A stretch of DNA of 64,000 bases from Stegostoma tigrinum (GCF_030684315.1 NC_081375.1:9740678-9804677), one strand, 5' to 3'. Counted from the first letter of the stretch, positions 27,888 to 41,195 are shown. The notes: generated by a model not told the origin, from the letters alone. Translations and numbers: made by a program.

Positions 27888-29458
27888 GAAATAATAGGGA
27901 CTGCAGATGCTGGAGAATCCGAGATAACAAGGTTTAGAGCTGGATGAAGACAGTAGGCCAAACAGCATCTTAGGAGCAGGAAAGCTGACGTTTCGGGCCG
28001 AGACCCTTCATCAGAAATGGGGAGGGGAAGAGGGTTCTGAAATAAATAGGGAGAGGGAGGAGGCAGATCGAAGACGGATAGAGGCGAACATAGGTGGAGA
28101 GGAGACAGACAAGTTAAAGGGGCAGGGATGGAGCCAGGAAACTTGAGTGTAGGTGGGAAGGTAGGGAGGGGATAGGTCAGTCCAGGGAGGACGGACAGGT
28201 CAACGGGGCGGGATGAAGTTAGTAGGTAGGAAATGGGAATGCAGCTTGAGATGGGAGGAGGGGATAGGTGAAAGGAAGAACAGGTTAGGGAGGCGGGGGC
28301 GAGCTGGGCAAGTTTTGGGATGTGATAGGGGAGGGGAGATTCTGAAGCTGGTGAAGTCCACATTGATACCATTGGGCTGCAGGGTTCCCAAGTGGAATAT
28401 GAATTGCTGTTCCTGCAACCTTCAGGTGGCATTGTTGTGGCACTGCAAGAGGCCCCGGATGGACATGTCGTCTGAGGAATGGGAGGGGGGAGGTGAAACA
28501 GTTCGCGACCGAGAGGTGCAGTTGTTCATAGAGAACCGAGCATAGGTGATCTGCAAAGCGGTCCCCAAGCCGGCGCTTGGTTTCCCCGATTTATAGGAGG
28601 TCACAACAGGTACAGCGGATGCAGTATACCACATTGGCAGATGTGCAGATGAACCTCTGCTTGATATGGCAAGTCTTGTTGGGGCCTGGGATGGGCGTGA
28701 GGGAGGACGTGTGGGGTCAGGTGTAGCACTTCCTGCGGTTGCAGGGAAAAGAGTCGGGTGTTGTGGGGCTGAGGCGAGTGTGGAGCAGACAAGGGAGTCA
28801 CGGAAAGAGTAGTCCCTGCAGAAAGCAGATAAGGGTTGGGAGGGAAAATGTCTTTGGTGGTGGGGTCAATTTCCGGTGGCGTAAGTGTCTGAGGATGATG
28901 CGTTGGATCCAGAGGTTGGTGGAGTGGTGCGTGAGGACGAGGAGGATTCTTTTTTGGTTGTTATTTCAGTGACGATGTATGAGCAATGAGTTGCGGGAAA
29001 CGTGGGAGACACAGTCAAGGGTGTTCTAGCTTCAAAATCTCCCCTCCCCCTCATAAAACCAGCCCAGCTCGTCCCCACCTCCCTAACCTGTTCTTCCTCT
29101 CACCTATCCCCTCCTCCCACCTCAAGCCGCACCCCCATTTCCGACCTACTAACCTCATCCCGCCCCCTTGACCTGTCTGTCCTCCCCGGACTGACCTTTG
29201 TCCACCCTACCTGCCCACCTACACTCACCTTTACTGACTCCATCCCTGTCTCTTTGACCTGTCTGTCTCCTCTCCACCTATCTTCGCCTCTATCCATCTT
29301 CTCTCTGCCTCCCCCTCTCTCCCTATTTATTTCAGAACCCTCTTCCCCTCCTCCCCCCCAACTTTCTGAAGAAGGGTCCAGGCCCAAAACGCCAGCTTTC
29401 CTGCTCCCAAGATGCTGCTTTGCCTGCTGTATTCATCCAGCTCCACATCTTGTTATGT
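27888..29458. mobile_element. Fold-back PLE (minus arm ~27888-29027, plus arm ~29028-29458) with 16-bp TSD
   Basis: TSD cagaccctttagccca at 27872-27887 and 29459-29474. GIY-YIG remnants; the arms are inverted copies of the PLE 3' end. Confidence 0.92.
27984..28016 (-). ncRNA. Minimal hammerhead ribozyme motif
   Basis: CUGAUGA-A-GGGU(CUCG)GCCC-GAAAC-GUC, intact core. Confidence 0.72.
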
Positions 29459-31385
29459 CAGACCCTTTAGCCCAACTGTCCATACCAACCACGTTTCCTA
29501 AATTGAACTACTCCTATTTGCATGCATTTCTGGCCTCAAATGTAGTCTAGTCGAGGTGAGGATGCCAGATTTCCTTTCTGAAAGAACATTACCGGATTCG
29601 AAAGATTCACTAACTCTTGACAACATTGAATTCTATTTTCACTATGTGCCATGGTAAGATCCAAATCCAGGTCCCCAGAATGTTACCTAGGTCTCTGGAT
29701 TAATTGACTAGTGATAATACCACTGGGCCTTTTATTCCATGAACACAACTTTGCACGTAAGTTTGTTGTGCAGCACTGTACCAAATGCCTGCAGGTCAAT
29801 GTATATCACATCAAAAGCACTGCTCTCATCAATTCTTTCTGGCATCTCTTCAAACATCTCCAGTAAGATGGTTAAGTATGACTTTCCTTGAATAAATCCA
29901 CACTAGCTCTTTTTCATTAAGCAATATAAACCAGTTAAGGAAAAACTTCATTCAAAAAATTAAAAACATAAAACTGCAACTGCTGATAATGGGAACTGCA
30001 GACGCTGGAGAATCCAAGATAACAAAGTGTGAGGCTGGATGAACACAGCAGGCCCAGCAGCATCTCAGGAGCACAAAAGCTGATGTTTCGGGCCTAGACC
30101 CTTCATCAGAGAGGGGGATGGGGTGAGGGAACTGGAATAAGTAGGGAGAGAGGGGGAGGCGGACCGAAGATGGAGAGAAAAGAAGATAGGTGGAGAGGGT
30201 GTAGGTGGGGAGGTAGGGAGGGGATAGGTCAGTCCAGGGAAGACGGACAGGTCAAGGAGGTGGGATGAGGTTAGTAGGTAGGAAATGGAGGTGCGGCTTG
30301 AGGTGGGAGGAAGGGATGGGTGAGAGGAAGAACAGGTTAGGGAAGCAGAGACAGGCTGGGCTGGTTTTGGGATGCAGTGGGGGGAGGGGAAGAGCTGGAC
30401 TGGTTTTGGGATGCAGTGGGAGGAGGGGGCGAGCTAGGCTGGTTTTGTGATGCAGTAGGGGAAGGGGAGATTTTGAAGCTTGTGAAATCCACGTTGATAC
30501 CATTGGGCTGCAGGGTTCCCAAGCGGAATATGAGTTGCTGTTCCTGCAACCTTTGGGTGGCATCATTGTGGCACTGCAGGAGGCCCATGATGGACATGTC
30601 GTCTGAGGAATGGGAGGGGGGAGTTGAAATGGTTCGCGACTGGGAGGTGCAGTTGTTTGTTGCGAACCGAGCGGAGGTGTTCTGCAAAGCGGTCCCCAAG
30701 CCTCTGCTTGGTTTCCCCAATGCAGAGGAAGCCACACCGTGTGCAATGGATACAATATACCACATTGGCAGATGTGCAGGTGAACATCTGTTTGATATGG
30801 AAGGTCATCCTGCGGCCTGGGATGGGGTGAGGGAGGTGGTGTGGGGGCAAGTGTAGCATTTCCTGTGGTTGCAGGGGAAGGTGCCGGGTGTGGTGGGGTT
30901 GGGCGGGAGTGTGGAGCGGACAAAGGAGTCGCAGAGAGAGTGGTCTCTCCGGAAAGCAGACAGGGGTGGGGATGGAAAAATGGTTTGGGTGGTGGGGTCG
31001 GATTGTAGATGGCGGGAGTGTCGGAGGATGATACATCGTATCCGGAGGTTGGTGGGGTGGTATGAGAGGACGAGGGGGATCCTCTGGGGGCAGTTGTGGC
31101 GGGGGCGGGGTGTGAGGGATGTGTTGCAGGAAATGCGGGAGACGCGGTCAAGGGCGTTCTCGACCACTGCATAGCTTGGGCCCATGCGGGTACCCATGGC
31201 CACCCCCTTTGTCTGTAGGAAGTGGGAGGAATCGAAAGAGAAGTTGTTGAGGCGGAGGACGAGTCCCTATCCAGTCCCTATACACCTGTATTCCTCATGC
31301 GGATAGCCTCAAGGCCCCCCGTTTCTTCCTGTCCCGCAGGCCCGACCAATCCCTCTCCACCGACACCCTCATCTGCCTAGCCGAA

Positions 31386-31503
31386 GCCCACAGCCGACAC
31401 CGCCGATGGAACCCCGCCCACAACAGACGCCGACGGAACCCCGCCCACAACTGACGCCGCCGACGGAACCCCGCTCACAGCTGACGCCGCCGACGTAACC
31501 CCA
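31386..31503 (+). repeat. Four copies of a ~27-30-bp GC-rich tandem repeat in the PLE N-terminal region
   Basis: Unit approximately gcccacagctgacgccgccgacggaacccc. Confidence 0.8.
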
Positions 31504-33581
31504 GAGGAGACAGCCACACTGAGCCCTGCCGCATCTTCACCATCCCCGCAGACCTCCCACTGACAGAGGACGAATGGTCAGTCCTAAGCAAGGGGCTCAC
31601 CTTTGTCCCCCTCCACCCACACATCAACGAATACCAGTCACGTTTGGGCATCGAGCAGTTTTTCCGCCACCTTTGCTTCCACGCTTACTTCTTTAATCGG
31701 GAGCCTAACCCTCCTTCCACTGACCCCTTCACCCTCCTCCAACAACAAGTCCTCCTCCTGGACACCACCCCCAGGCCTCCTACCTTTGACCTCTTCATCT
31801 CCAACTGCTGTCGGGCCATCAACCGCCTTAACCTCCCCACCCCTCTCACCCACTCCAACCTCTCCCCCGCAGAACAGGCAGCCCTCCGCTCCAACCACAA
31901 CCTCACCATCAAACCCGCAGACAAGGGTGGCACAGTGGTAGTACGGCGCACTGACCTCTACATCGCCGAGGCCAAACACCAACTCTCCAACACCTCCTCC
32001 TGCCGCCTCCTCAATCATGACCCCACCCCCGAGCACCAAACCATCATCTCCAACACCATCCATGACCTCATCACCTCAGGGGACCTCCCACCCACAGCCT
32101 CCAACCTCATTGTTCCCCAACCCCGCATGGCCCGTTTCTATCTCCTTCCCAAAATCCACAAACCTGCCTGCCCTGGTCAACCCATTGTCTCAGCCTGCTC
32201 CTGCCCCACCGAACTCATCTCCACCTATCTGGACTCCATTTTCTCCCCTTTGGTCCAGGAACTCCCCACCTACGTCCGTGACACCACCCATGCCCTCCAC
32301 CTCCTCCAGGACTTACAATTCCCTGGACCCCAACACCTCATTTTCACCATGGACACCCAGTCCCTATACGCCTGTATTCCTTAGGCAGATGGCCTCAAGG
32401 CCCCCCGCTTCTTCCTGTCCCGCAGGCCCGACCAATCCCCCTCCACCGACACCCTCATCCGCCTAGCCGAACTCGTCCTCAGCCTCAACAATTTCTCTTT
32501 CGATTCCTCCCACTTCCTACAGACAAAGGTGGTGGCAATGGGTACCCGCATGGGCCCAAGCTATGCAGTGGTCGAGAACGCCCTTGACTGCGTCTCCCGC
32601 ATTTCGCGCAACACATCCCTCACACCCCGCCCCCGCCACAACCGGTCCCAGAGGATCCCCCTCGTCCTCACATACCACCCCACCAACCACCGGATACAAT
32701 GTATCATCCTCCGACACTTCCGCCATCTACAATCCGACCCCACCGCCCAAGACATTTTTCCATCCCCACCTTGTCTGCCTTCCGGAGAGACCACGCTCTC
32801 CGTGACTCCCTTGTCCGCTCCACACTCCCGCCCAACCCCACCACACCCGGCACCTTCCCCGGCAACTGCAGGAAATGCTACACTTGCCCCCACACCTCCT
32901 CCCTCACCCCCATCCCAGGGCCCAGGATGACCTTCCATATCAAACAGATGTTCACCTGCACATCTGCCAATGTGGTATAGTGCATCCACTGTGCCCGGTG
33001 TGGCTTCCTCTGCATTGGGGAAACCAAGCGGACGCTTGGGGACCGCTTTGCAGAACACCTCCGCTCGGTTTGCAACAACTGCACCTCCCAGTCGCGAACC
33101 ATTTCAACTCCCCTTCCCATTCCTCAGACGACATGTCCATCATGGGCCTCCTGCAGTGCCACAATGATGCCACCCGAAGGTTGCAGGAACAGCAACTCAT
33201 ATTCCGCTTGGGAACCCTGCAGCTCAATGGTATCAACGTGGACTTCAGAAGCTTCAAAATCTCCCCTTCCCCTACTGCATCCCAAAACCAGCCCAGTTCT
33301 TCCCCTCTCCCCACTGCATCCCAAAACCAGCCCAGCCTGTCTCTGCTTCCCTAACCTGTTCTTCCTCTCACCCATCCCTTCCTCCCACCTCAAGCCGCAC
33401 CTCCATTTCCTACCTACCACCTCATCTCGCCTCCTTGACCTGTCCGTCTTCCCTGGACTGACCTATCTCCTCCCTACCTCCCCACCTATACTCTCCTCTC
33501 CACCTATCTTCTTTTCTCTCCATCTTCGGCCCGCCTCCCCCTCTCTCCCTATTTATTCCAGTTCCCTCTCCCCATCCCCCT

Positions 33582-33614
33582 CTCTGATGAAGTGTCTAGG
33601 CCCGAAACGTCAGC
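33582..33614 (+). ncRNA. Minimal hammerhead ribozyme motif (one helix II mismatch)
   Basis: CTGATGA-A-GTGT(CTAG)GCCC-GAAAC-GTC. Confidence 0.6.
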
Positions 33615-34431
33615 TTTTGTGCTCCTGAGATGCTGCTTGGCCTGCTGTGTTCATCCAGCTCCACACTTTGTTAAACTGCAACTGCTGGCAAGTTGAAACT
33701 TAAAAACCAAAAGTACTAGAATGCACAGAAGATTCACCATGCGCAAAAGAGAAAAAAAGAGGCTATATTGTTCAAAATGATTTCTGAACACCAGAAGGGT
33801 TTTAGGTACACAGAAGCCATTCCAACTCTCATAATAATTTTCTCTGCACTGATATTAAGAAGAAAATCAAGAATTTAGCACAAAGCTCCACTATTCACTC
33901 AGACTGCAGACGTATAAAAAGTGCTCGCCTGACTTTTCTGTATCAGATTGTAAGAAAACATCACCATTTGAGCACCTGTCAAAGAAAACAGCTTGTAATA
34001 AATGACTCTTTTAAAGACAGGTTACCATCTGCATCCCAGTCATGACTCTCCTCTTCGGATATTATTTTCAGATGTGATTCAGAACATTAGGTAATCCATG
34101 AATTGTACAAGTGAAGTGAATGTATTTTTTAAAAAAAACATCAAATTTTAGCAAAGGTTGTATCTGGGTTGGAATTTGCATTTGTATCAACAGAACTTCT
34201 GCAACATCCATTGATTTCTTGTAGCATACATCAACTTCAATAAACTTACATATATAATACCATCTTAAGTTGGTTATTTGTATTCAATTTATTACTTCAC
34301 CCAACTGGACAGCAGTTTGCATGACATCCATCAAAAAAAAATCAATTACACCGAATATATCCTAGAATTAAATATTTTGCGGCCTGGAGCAGCCTTCAGA
34401 TAATCAAACCGGCACTGATTCAACTTTTTGA

Positions 34432-34774
34432 GGCAGCATGGTGGCTCTGTGGTTAGCACTGCTGTCTCATAGCACCAGGGACCTGGGTTCAATTCCAACC
34501 TCAGGTGACTGTGTGGAGTTTGCACATCCTCCCTGAGTCTGCATGGGTTTCTGCCAGGTGCTCTGGTTTCCTCCCACAGTCCGAAGATGTGCAAGTTAGG
34601 CAGACTGACCATGCTAAATTGTCCATAGTATTCAGGGATGAGTAGGTTAGCGTTAGCTATGGGAAATACAGGGTTAGGGGGTGGGTCTGAAAGGGATGGT
34701 ATTCAGAAGGTATGTGTGGATTTGTTGGGCCGAATGACCTGTTTTCACACTGTGGAGATTCTATGATATGATTC
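34432..34774 (+). mobile_element. HE1-like SINE
   Basis: GGCAGCATGGTGGCTCTGTGGTTAGCACT, B box GGTTCAATTCC, LINE-like 3' end. Confidence 0.88.
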
Positions 34775-37029
34775 AAAGATCTATTCAATTCCAAGCACTA
34801 CTCTGATTCCTTCTAACATTTTCTTTTGCAAAGACTTATTCACTTTCACTTTTAAAACTCTCTTCAATTGTTGGAATCACGTTGTTACTAAAGACAAGGG
34901 CTTGTGCAATGAAATGTTGAGAAAGGATTGGAACACCCTGGTCAGATTTGATACTAAACTTACAGGTCTCATTTGTTCTGAGCATTCATTGCACTGAATT
35001 CTGAGGATTCAAGCTTCTTGCAACACAACTGTTGGATGACTCCACAAACAACAGAACACTGCAATCTGAAGCTTTATTTATGTGCAAACACAAATAAGCA
35101 AACTGCCAACTAGCATGTTTCAGCAAATCTTTCCTCAGTCATTTGTGAGGTGCAAATGAAAGGTGAGAGATTTATTAACATCATTTAAAAAAAGGATTAT
35201 AAACTCATTGCATGTGTGGGCTGGTCTATTCGTGTGGAGGAGTATAAAAATTAATTAAATCAGTCTTTTCAGAAACATAATTTTAAACTACTATATGTCA
35301 GAGGGACGGCTGAAGGTTCCCTGGCATATTAATGGAAATTTGTTCATATTGTGGGGCTTATGACAGGCAGAAAAACAAACATTAAGATGTTAGCTTGGCA
35401 GAAATTAGGATGGGCATCTTAAAAAAAAGCTTTTGAAATTCAGTTTGAAGGAGATGCGACTGAAGTTGGACATAAGAATAGGCTCTCCTAAAAACTTACT
35501 TTCCTCAGAACTGTTAAAAGACTAAGTTACCTTGAGGAAAGTTTTTATAGTTTCAGTTTGCGATAACTAGATCAGGAACGTTTAGTTAGGAATATGTATT
35601 GTTTATTTAAAGCTGAGAAAGTCTGAGATCTCAGAGGTGTGAGGATTCAAGGAAAATGTATCACAGTTCACACGATGGGAATAAGGGGACATGGAGTTGT
35701 CATATTTACAAATCAGGCAAGGAAGAAGAATTTCTCCTTTTTTGACTTAACTGTGAAGTGATACTTTTGGGGAGCAGTTGGAACTTCATTTTACCATGTG
35801 TTTTGAAATCTTTCAAACTGTTAGATTTAGATAGCTTGGACTTTTTTTTATATATTTCTCGAGTAATTGCTCTGGTTTATTGCTAAAACCAAACCTGTTT
35901 CAGCCAAACATCTCCACATTAATTGAAAAAAATCCACCAAGCCAGATTTCATACTGGGGTCCATTAGTAGCATAAACTTGGATGACAGAACATAGCAAAG
36001 GTAGCTGAGGATACAAGGTATGTTCACAGCCGTTAACTTTACCAGCAGCTAGCCTGTTTGCAAGTATTTGCAGCGAATTGAAAAATACCATCTTAACACT
36101 TCCTACATTCCATGTCTTCTTCAAACAAGGTCAAAGGGGCACCTCACTGCAACATTTGACAATGTACCCATTTCAAACAAGGCAAAAACTTCATAAAACT
36201 ATGGGGCAGCTGCTGCACATATGCAGTCTAATGTTCCAGTTCATTTTTACTCTGATACAAAAAAATTAGCCATGTTTTGTAAAAGCAAACCACTAAAAAC
36301 ATTATAAAGATACAAACCAGACCGAGTTTAAATATATAGTGCCGAAGATTAACCAATGTGCAAAATTCATTGGCCTCAATAGATATTGAACATATAGCAT
36401 ATTAGGAAACCATAAAAATATCGCAACAAATGCTGGTGCACCTAGTCTCTCGCCACTTATCAATGTGCAGGCTCAGTTTCAAGATGCTAATTCTAAAATG
36501 AGCTGTTTTGAGGTGAATTTGGGTCTCAATCATGTGCGCAGATAATTGGGCCAGTAAATTTTTTTTTTAAAAAGGAAATTTTGAGAGAGTGATTGGGATT
36601 ATCCAGTTGGCCTCCAGTTTCCTGAGGCAAATTGAGCAGGGATTGAAGATCAACTGTCCTACAGGCCATTCAAGCACTCCTGCCATGACTATTGGCCTTC
36701 CCTGCTCATCTGAGAGGAAATACAGTGACAGCACACCCTGTTGAGGGGATTCCCTCTATCATCTCACCATCATAGTGTGGCTAATTTCTTCTCTTTTTTA
36801 ATGAAGTTTTTTTTTAAAAAGTGTCCAATAAGTGGCCTTGCATTGAACCACTCACCCAGTTGCTTAGTGGTAATGTAATGAGGTTCTTCCCTGAAATTGG
36901 AAGAGCAATGACTGGCTCTCCAACTTTGACAGCCTGCTTTTATTGGTATTGGTCAAAATATTCCAAAACTTACTGGATTTCAAGGGGATTGGAAAACTTC
37001 TAAGGGAAGTAGGCAGAAAAAAGGAAACT

Positions 37030-38380
37030 ATAAGCCAGTTTGGAGTGGAATGTCACAAGAAACAGTCCTTGGGCTTCAATTATTTATCATGTACATTAAT
37101 AATCTGGAGGACCGGGTAGAGTGCACCGTATCCAAATTAGCTCTCAGTACAAATAGGTCTGGTTATGATGCAGACATAAGAAATCTGTAAGGGTCTATAG
37201 ATAGGTAAAGTGAGTGATCAAACACTTGGCAATGTTTAATATACGAAAGTGAGAGGTCATGCACTTTGGTATGAAGAATCAAGACAGACTATTATTTAAA
37301 TAGACAGAGACTCCGATTAAATGCTGCACAGAAGGATTTGGGTGTTCTTGTGCATGAGCATCAGAAGTTAACATAGAGGTGTAATAAATAATTAACAATG
37401 CAAATGGAATTTTGGCCTTTATTGCTAGGGGAATTTAGAAATAGGGAAATCTTGGTACAATCATGAGGGTCATGGATAGGGTGAATAGACAAGGTCTTTC
37501 TCTGAGGGTGGGGGAGTCCAAAACTAGAGATCATAGGTTTAAGGTTAGAGGGGAAAGAATTAAAAGTGATCTGAGGGGTAACTTCTCCACCCATAAGGTG
37601 CTGCATGTGTGGAACGAAATACCAGAGGAAGTGGTGTTGGTGATTACAATTACGTTAAAAATCGATCTGGATGGGTATATGAACAGGAAGGGATTAGAGG
37701 GATATGGGCCAAATGCTGGCAAAAGGGACTAGTCAGATGGGATGTCTGATCAGCACAGGCGAGTTGGGCCAAAGGATCTGTTTCCTTGCTGCGTGACTCT
37801 ATGACAATTATACAGGGACCTGGCGAGGTGACATGTGAAGCACTCTGTATAATTTTGGTCCCCATATCTGGGAAAGATACATTGGCATTGGTGGGAGTTC
37901 AAAAGGGTTTCACTTGGTTGACTTCTGGGATGAAGAGACTGATTTACCAAGAACATCTAAGTAGGTTAGGTCTTTATTCATTATAGCTTACAAGAATGAG
38001 GGGTCATCTTTTTGAAACAGACAAGATTTTGAGGAAGCCTGATGGGGTATATGGTGCACTGCTGGTTCCACCAGTCGGGCAATCTCAAGCAAGGGGAAAA
38101 AGTTCCAATATATGGAGACATTCATCTAAAACTGAGGCAAAGGAATTTCTTCTTTCAGTGGGTAGAAATGGAATTGTCTACCCCAGAGAGTTGTGGAGGC
38201 TAGATCACTGGAAGTATTTAAAGAGATGATAGGTAGATTTTTGAAATACACGAGTTAATGTTTATGAGGAGCTTGTATAAAACAGTTGAAGCCTGGGGAG
38301 ATTCAGCCATTCTCTTATAGAATAGCAGGGGAGGCTTGACAGCGTAAATGTCCTACTCTTGCTTCTATCCTTTATATGTT
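37030..38380 (+). mobile_element. Old CR1-like LINE with a younger CR1 3' fragment nested at ~37462-37803
   Basis: The host frame EILVQ|LYRDLAR rejoins across the insert, with acaat duplicated. The insert encodes MRVMDRVNRQGL..VGESKTRDHRFKVRGER. Confidence 0.8.
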
Positions 38381-38489
38381 TAGGCAGATAGGAAACTCAT
38401 CTCCTTTCTAACTGAGAATCTGAACTTTGATCAGATTCCCAATAAAAGTGGGCCTTTATCTGAAAATAACAATGACATGCCTTTTATTA

Positions 38490-38705
<216 letters not shown>

Positions 38706-40084
38706 TCAAATTCAAATATATTTTATATCAACCTTGCCTCTTTACATTCATTTTGTTATTCACAACTCCAACTTTTCTGCATCTTACAGACGCAAAATCT
38801 GAAAAAAAAATTTAATCGACCAACCAAGCAACCTAAATAGAAGTACATCAGAAACTTAAGGCCTAACGACCAGTGGTGGACTAGATTGGACTTTGAGAAA
38901 ACAAATTGTTCAATTTGAATTGTAGATTTTGCTTGTGCCAACGCGGCAAGTTGTAATTTGGGAAGGTCCCATTAGTAAAAGATAAATCAACAATCAAGCT
39001 ACAGGATTGGGCTGTTGAACATCTTTGAACAGTGTATGGAGAAGCAATAAGTACAAATAAATGGGGGCGGGACTTTGTATAAGAAATTCCACTGAATCAT
39101 TTTATTCATCTTTCTCCTGAAGGTAGAATCCAGTTGCACAGGTAAAAATGTCCTTTGATACTTGAGCTATGACAGCAAGTGCTCACATAATAATTTATGA
39201 TAATCAAAGCTATTCTTATTCAGTACCCAAATACATATCTTTTAGCTCAGGCATCTGGTTAAAAGTTCAGAAACACAACTACAGCTGATAACACTTCTTT
39301 GCCACCAGTTCCCTTCCCAACTACCTTCTAGTCTAGAACTGAGACTCCAATAACGATTTGACTCAGATCAGCAAACTCAGCACAATGCAGGAGACAAAAG
39401 CTAGCATCTTTCCAACTGAATATAGTCAATGCCTATGCATTCTGAACATCCACAAAGCTTTAAAAATACCAGATGCTTGTTGTGAAAGACTTAAGAAGGT
39501 GATAGTTATTAAGGATTCCTGGCAAGATCCTGTGGCAAGCCATGAGCTTCGCTCTTGCCACACTAAGGGTTATCTGAACTTCTGCACTCTTAGGTTTGAG
39601 TTACCAAAACAGCATTGCTTGTAATGTTCAAAGAAATGCACATCAAAAGCTATCCTCAGATAGTTGCACAGGACAAGTTCAAAATCAACCAAAGAAAAGA
39701 AAGAAATACTTAAATACTCTTAAACTGCAGCATTGTTTTAAGGTGGACAATGAACTAAAGGGTTTTTATCGTGGCTGAAAAGAAACTGGAGCAAGTGACG
39801 GATTTTTTTCCCTGAATCAACCTGTTCAGATGTGGTTACACCCTCTAGATCAGGTCACCTGGATCAGAGGTAGGGACACTACGACTGTATGTGGTTTCTA
39901 AGGTAATGGCTCAGAAAGATTGCATCTGGGAACACTTAAGGAATTGAAAATTTCCTCAGAAAAGTTTCAAATTTATGTAATCTAAAAATTAAGAAATAAT
40001 AATTGAGAAAAATGAGTTATACAATGAGGCATTAAGGCTGATATGGTTAAAATTCAACATGCAAAACTCAGAATCAATTCAAAA

Positions 40085-40400
40085 GCGTTCCCCAAAGTTA
40101 CAAGGTTGTAGGTTCAAGTCCCACCCAAGAAGTTGAGCATAAAAGTTAAGGCTGACATTCCAGTGCACTGCTGAGTCAGTTATGCACCAGCGAAGATGCA
40201 AACAATTTGGGGGAGACATTAAACCAAACGCCATCTGTTCTCTCATTTGAATATAAAGAAATCCATGGTATTTTCTCAAAGAGAAGCAGCGAAATTATTC
40301 CATCTCCTGGCCAATATTTATTACTCAAACAGTGTCTCAAAAATAGACTGTCTGGTCATTACCACATTATTGTTTGTGGGAGTTTGCTGCCAGGATGACA
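40085..40400 (+). mobile_element. Deu-domain SINE (SacSINE1/AmnSINE1-like)
   Basis: B box GGTTCAAGTCC. Deu-like core gagacattaaacc...aatccatggtatttt...cctggccaatattta...ctggtcatta.cacatt.tgtttgtgggagtttgctg. Confidence 0.75.
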
Positions 40401-41195
40401 CTGTCTGCCAAATGACCAACATTATAACTGTGAATAACATGAATGACAAAGTCTCGTTTTTCTTTCATTTGATCCAACCAAACACAAGAGGAACAAACTA
40501 TGGGTTCAACAGAGGGTGATAATAGAGGAAGGAGGTTTCAATTATTATTCTGACAACAAGATCAAGACAAACATTACCATTTGTAAAATAGCTGGACTTT
40601 GCACAAAGTTCCTTCATATTTTTCCCTAGTAATTCTGAAGGCTCATGATAGGAAAAAGTGATCACAACATTGACTAATTTAAACTGTGACAAATGCAGCT
40701 CAATGGGGCTATGGCATCTACACCTGCAAACCATAAAATTAAGATAAACAAAGATGTTGTATTATTCAGTCACTAATTCAAGATTTAAAGACAGCGATTC
40801 AAAACATTAAATCTTTGGCAGTTATTGAATGAGGCAAACTCTTTAAACCTTAGGATTTAACACAGACAGAAAATATCCTAAACCAAGTTAGGATTTCAAG
40901 CTCCACTTGGTCTTAAATGTTAACCACAGTTGAACAAATCTTCAGACATGTGCGCCTTAAACAGTAGTTACAATAAGTATAGGATATAGCCAGAATAATG
41001 ACCGAAAAGGGTTCATCTGTTATGAGATGTTTAATGAGAGGAACAGGCCACAAAATTTCTGTAAAATATATTTTAATTATCACTAAATGGTTTAAGATTG
41101 TTTCTTCACACATTTCCTAACTCTAAATTATAGAGCGAGAGGAAATGTAAACCTCTGCTTACTATGCGCAACAAGTTACTCTTTAAAACTTGGTT

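Larger units (their letters stand above)
27742..29731 (-). mobile_element. tRNA-derived SINE with L2-like 3' tail, split into ~27742-27855 and ~29535-29731
   Basis: Minus-strand head GGCCCAGTGGTATTATCACTAG...GGGGACCTGGATTTGGATC (A/B boxes). Tail similar to the 16.8 and 19.5 kb LINE ends. Second split copy at 49.2/50.8 kb. Confidence 0.65.
26780..29920 (-). mobile_element. Old CR1-like LINE, split into ~26780-27740 and ~29732-29920 by nested insertions
   Basis: Degenerate match to CR1 RT and 3' region (aaaatgtatcacctcacactt; accaaatgcctgc.ggtcaatgtatatcacatc). Collinear across the nested block. Confidence 0.75.
29986..33672. mobile_element. 3.7-kb fold-back PLE (minus arm 29986-31264, flipped segment 31271-31385, plus arm 31386-33672) with 15-bp TSD
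   Basis: TSD aaactgcaactgctg at 29971-29985 and 33673-33687. PLE RT motifs (IKPADKGG, FYLLPKIHK, MGTRMGPSYA) and GIY-YIG domain. Hammerhead motifs at 30079-30111 (-) and 33582-33614 (+). Confidence 0.95.

Noticed and set aside
31386-31503. Repeat array superficially CRISPR-like
   Set aside because: Tandem units without unique spacers, inside a eukaryotic retroelement; no cas genes.
14720-33628. Many overlapping Pro/Gly-rich ORFs in all frames
   Set aside because: By-product of the strongly C-skewed, stop-poor PLE sequence; only the RT and GIY-YIG frames are meaningful.
35150-36000. Possible solo LTR (also ~12370-13000)
   Set aside because: No TG...CA ends, TSD or second copy could be identified.
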